Shown piece by piece: positions 61,692 through 64,000 of a stretch of DNA of 64,000 nt (its first letter is position 1; every line of letters starts with the position of its first letter). Source of the stretch: an uncultured delta proteobacterium (GTDB taxonomy: Bacteria; Desulfobacterota; Binatia; UBA9968); the NCBI GenBank assembly GCA_963727625.1, contig CAVSHR010000011.1:128001-192000 (forward strand), given 5' to 3'. The translations under genes and the position numbers were made by a program. The notes beneath the pieces were generated by a model. It was not told where the DNA came from. It did not search any database and worked only from the letters and a program-made list of their open reading frames with translations.

Positions 61692-63230
61692 ATGAACGGA
61701 ATGGCGGACTTTGATCTTTCGAATTTATTAAGCGCCTTTTATAGAAGGAAGGGCTTCATTATTTCATTTGCCCTGGTGGTGTTTTTATTGGTCGCATACA
61801 TGGCTGTGATTGCCCCTAACATCTATCAGTCAAGCACATTAATTCTGGTGAGCCCACAAAGACTTCCGGCTTCGTTCGTTACTTCCACGATCACCACAGG
61901 TCTCCAAGAACGCATGCAGTCCATCATTCAGGAGATTTTAAGTCGAACCCAGCTGGAGAAAATCGTTCAGGAGTTTGACCTGTATGCCTCGCGCAACAAC
62001 AGGGCGATCTTGGAAGATCGCGTGGAAAGTCTGCGCAAAGCCATCAAAGTCGATTTTCGCCGAAACAACGTGTTTCAATTGTCATTTGAATTTCAAAATC
62101 CGGAAAAAGCGAAACAGGTCGCCGGGCGCCTATCGTCGTTATTCATCGAACAAAATTTGCAGGTTCGAGAGCAGGAGGCAATGGGAACGAAGACCTTTAT
62201 CGTTGCTGAATCCGAGCGGCTTCGCAAAGAACTGGAAGAGCAAGAAGCCGTCGTCAATCAGTACAGGGCTGCCCATCGCTATGAATTGCCGGATCAATTG
62301 GACACCAACCTTCGATCTATAGAGCAGTTGCGCCGTGAACTCGAAGGGGTCAGCCAACGACTAGCGGCGTTGCAAGAGCGGAAAGGCGTTCTGCAAAAAC
62401 AAGCGGTGGAATCCGACATCCTCGGCGTGGATCTTCTCGGCGGTTCCTTTGCTGCTCCCGGAGAGGGTGGAACGCAAAGCGTTCAAATTCAAATGCGCAA
62501 AAAAGAATTGGATTCGTTGCTGCAAAGGTACAGTGCCAAGCATCCTGATGTCATTCGCGTAAAGAAAGAGATTCAAGCCCTGGAAGCCGAGAGCAAGGAT
62601 TTAGCGGCCGGGAAACCAGCGAAATCGACGACTGCGCCGGCCGGTAATCCGTTAAAGCAGGTACTGCAAACCCAAATCAGTGATATCGCTGCTGAAGTCC
62701 AGGCTCTGAGCGCACAACAGGGGCGCATTCGCAGTCAAATAGGCATTCTCCAGGGGCGCATCGACAATACTCCGATTCGCGCCATCGAGCTTACCAAAAT
62801 AAGCCGTGGCTACGAGATCACGCTGCGAAAATATCAGGACCTATTGGCCAAGAGTCTCGAGTCGCAAGTTTCCGAGAACATGGAAAAGAAGCAAAAAGGC
62901 GAACAGTTTCAGATTCTCGACCCGGCCAACTTTCCGCTAAAACCGCTTCGTCCCAATCGTCCGATGATTGTTCTAATCGGCCTGCTGGCCGGTTTGGGCG
63001 GCGGATTTGGGTTGGCTTTTTTGTGGGAAAATTTGGATACCTCCTTTAAGAGAGGTGATGAAGTTAGCTCCTATGTCGACGTGCCGTTGCTCGCGACGAT
63101 GCCCGCTCTGATGACCCGCGGCACCGTTTTGCAGCAGCGGCGCGCGCAAGGTCTGCTGATGTTGGCTTCGCTCGGGGCCCTCGTGGTGGGCCTCGTATGT
63201 GTCCGCATGTTTGGACCCATTTACTTCTGA
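61692..63230 (+). CDS. Polysaccharide chain-length determinant / co-polymerase (GumC/Wzc N-terminal type)
   Basis: N- and C-terminal TM helices, coiled-coil, YSAKHPDV, FQILDPANFP..P..PN. Confidence 0.9.
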   Translation: MNGMADFDLSNLLSAFYRRKGFIISFALVVFLLVAYMAVIAPNIYQSSTLILVSPQRLPASFVTSTITTGLQERMQSIIQEILSRTQLEKIVQEFDLYASRNNRAILEDRVESLRKAIKVDFRRNNVFQLSFEFQNPEKAKQVAGRLSSLFIEQNLQVREQEAMGTKTFIVAESERLRKELEEQEAVVNQYRAAHRYELPDQLDTNLRSIEQLRRELEGVSQRLAALQERKGVLQKQAVESDILGVDLLGGSFAAPGEGGTQSVQIQMRKKELDSLLQRYSAKHPDVIRVKKEIQALEAESKDLAAGKPAKSTTAPAGNPLKQVLQTQISDIAAEVQALSAQQGRIRSQIGILQGRIDNTPIRAIELTKISRGYEITLRKYQDLLAKSLESQVSENMEKKQKGEQFQILDPANFPLKPLRPNRPMIVLIGLLAGLGGGFGLAFLWENLDTSFKRGDEVSSYVDVPLLATMPALMTRGTVLQQRRAQGLLMLASLGALVVGLVCVRMFGPIYF

Positions 63231-63237
63231 GCCGCCA

Positions 63238-64000
63238 ATGGAACATCTCTATCAACGGCATTTCGGGTTTACCCAGGCGCCATTCAATATCACGCCAGAT
63301 CCGGGCTTTCTCTATCTGAGCGCCAGTCATCGGGAGGGATTGGCGCAATTGCAATATGGAATCGACGCCCGACGCGGATTTATCGTCTTGACCGGAGAAG
63401 TCGGGACCGGAAAGACGACTCTGATCCAGGCATTGCTCAGCCAGCTCGGCAACACCACCCACTCGGCATTGATCTTCAGCGCGATCACGGGCCCGCTCGA
63501 TCTTTTGCGCTACGTTTGTGAAGAATTCAACCTGGTTGAGCCCTTAGGGCAGGCGCGCGATGCGCATGATTATACCTGGATGCTGAACGAATTTTTGCTG
63601 CAGCGATATCGCGCGGGAGAAAACGCCGCACTGATCATCGATGAGGCGCAGAATTTAACTGCTGACGTCCTCGAGAGCATTCGGCTCCTGTCAAACTTCG
63701 AGACCACCAAGGACAAGCTGTTGCAAATCTTGCTCGTCGGCCAGCCCGAACTCAACGACCGGTTAAATACGCCGCAATTGCGGCAATTGAAACAGCGGGT
63801 GACCTTGCGCCATCATCTCCGGCCGCTCACGCTTGTCGAATGCCAGGAGTACATTTTCAATCGCCTCAAACACGCGGGGGGCAGCCCGGGCATCTTCACG
63901 GCAAAGGCCATCGTGGAAATCCATCAATATTCCGGCGGAGTTCCGCGCCTGATCAATGTGGTCTGCGACAACGCCATGATTAACGCCTACGCCCTCGATA
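63238..64000 (+). CDS. ExeA-type AAA ATPase associated with PEP-CTERM/EPS loci (truncated by window end)
   Basis: Manual translation MEHLYQRHFGFTQAPFNITPDPGFLY...TGEVGTGKTT...IIDEAQNL...VGQPEL...SGGVPRLIN; absent from the ORF track because there is no stop in the window. Confidence 0.9.
   Translation, partial: MEHLYQRHFGFTQAPFNITPDPGFLYLSASHREGLAQLQYGIDARRGFIVLTGEVGTGKTTLIQALLSQLGNTTHSALIFSAITGPLDLLRYVCEEFNLVEPLGQARDAHDYTWMLNEFLLQRYRAGENAALIIDEAQNLTADVLESIRLLSNFETTKDKLLQILLVGQPELNDRLNTPQLRQLKQRVTLRHHLRPLTLVECQEYIFNRLKHAGGSPGIFTAKAIVEIHQYSGGVPRLINVVCDNAMINAYALD

Overview
This is a GC-rich bacterial chromosomal window. The gene order ilvB-ilvN-ilvC-psd-pssA-leuA-leuB-asd-truA, the PEP-CTERM locus and the many catabolic paralogs suggest a deltaproteobacteria-like organism, possibly Ca. 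Binatia (inference only). Layout: 1-13.5 kb, branched-chain amino acid and phospholipid core genes with two inserted hydrolase-like genes. 13.5-41 kb, an accessory region with a Liv-type ABC transporter, CoA-transferase, three amidohydrolases, cupins, two dienelactone hydrolases, a CmcJ/NvfI-like oxygenase, tandem HAMP-only membrane proteins and an orphan glycine/betaine-reductase-type component B pair. 41-51 kb, slt, coxG, a GT2-hypothetical-SPL-like radical SAM block, murI and an unusually long secA. 51-64 kb, a PrsK/PrsR plus exopolysaccharide export locus. Strongest observations: (i) a GrdB-like selenoprotein split by the ORF track at an in-frame UGA, with a SECIS-like hairpin 11 nt downstream and a non-canonical UxxSxxS motif, paired with a GrdE-like protein lacking the pyruvoyl-forming Cys; (ii) a ~240-nt nested multi-helix structured RNA candidate upstream of ilvC, plus two weaker candidates; (iii) a ~265-aa helical segment at the SecA variable position; (iv) an IF1-like helix fused to a Zn ribbon; (v) a set of sigma-54 promoters and TGT-N11-ACA boxes. 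I saw no rRNA, tRNA, CRISPR array, integrase or transposase. All family calls come from motif recognition by eye, not database searches.
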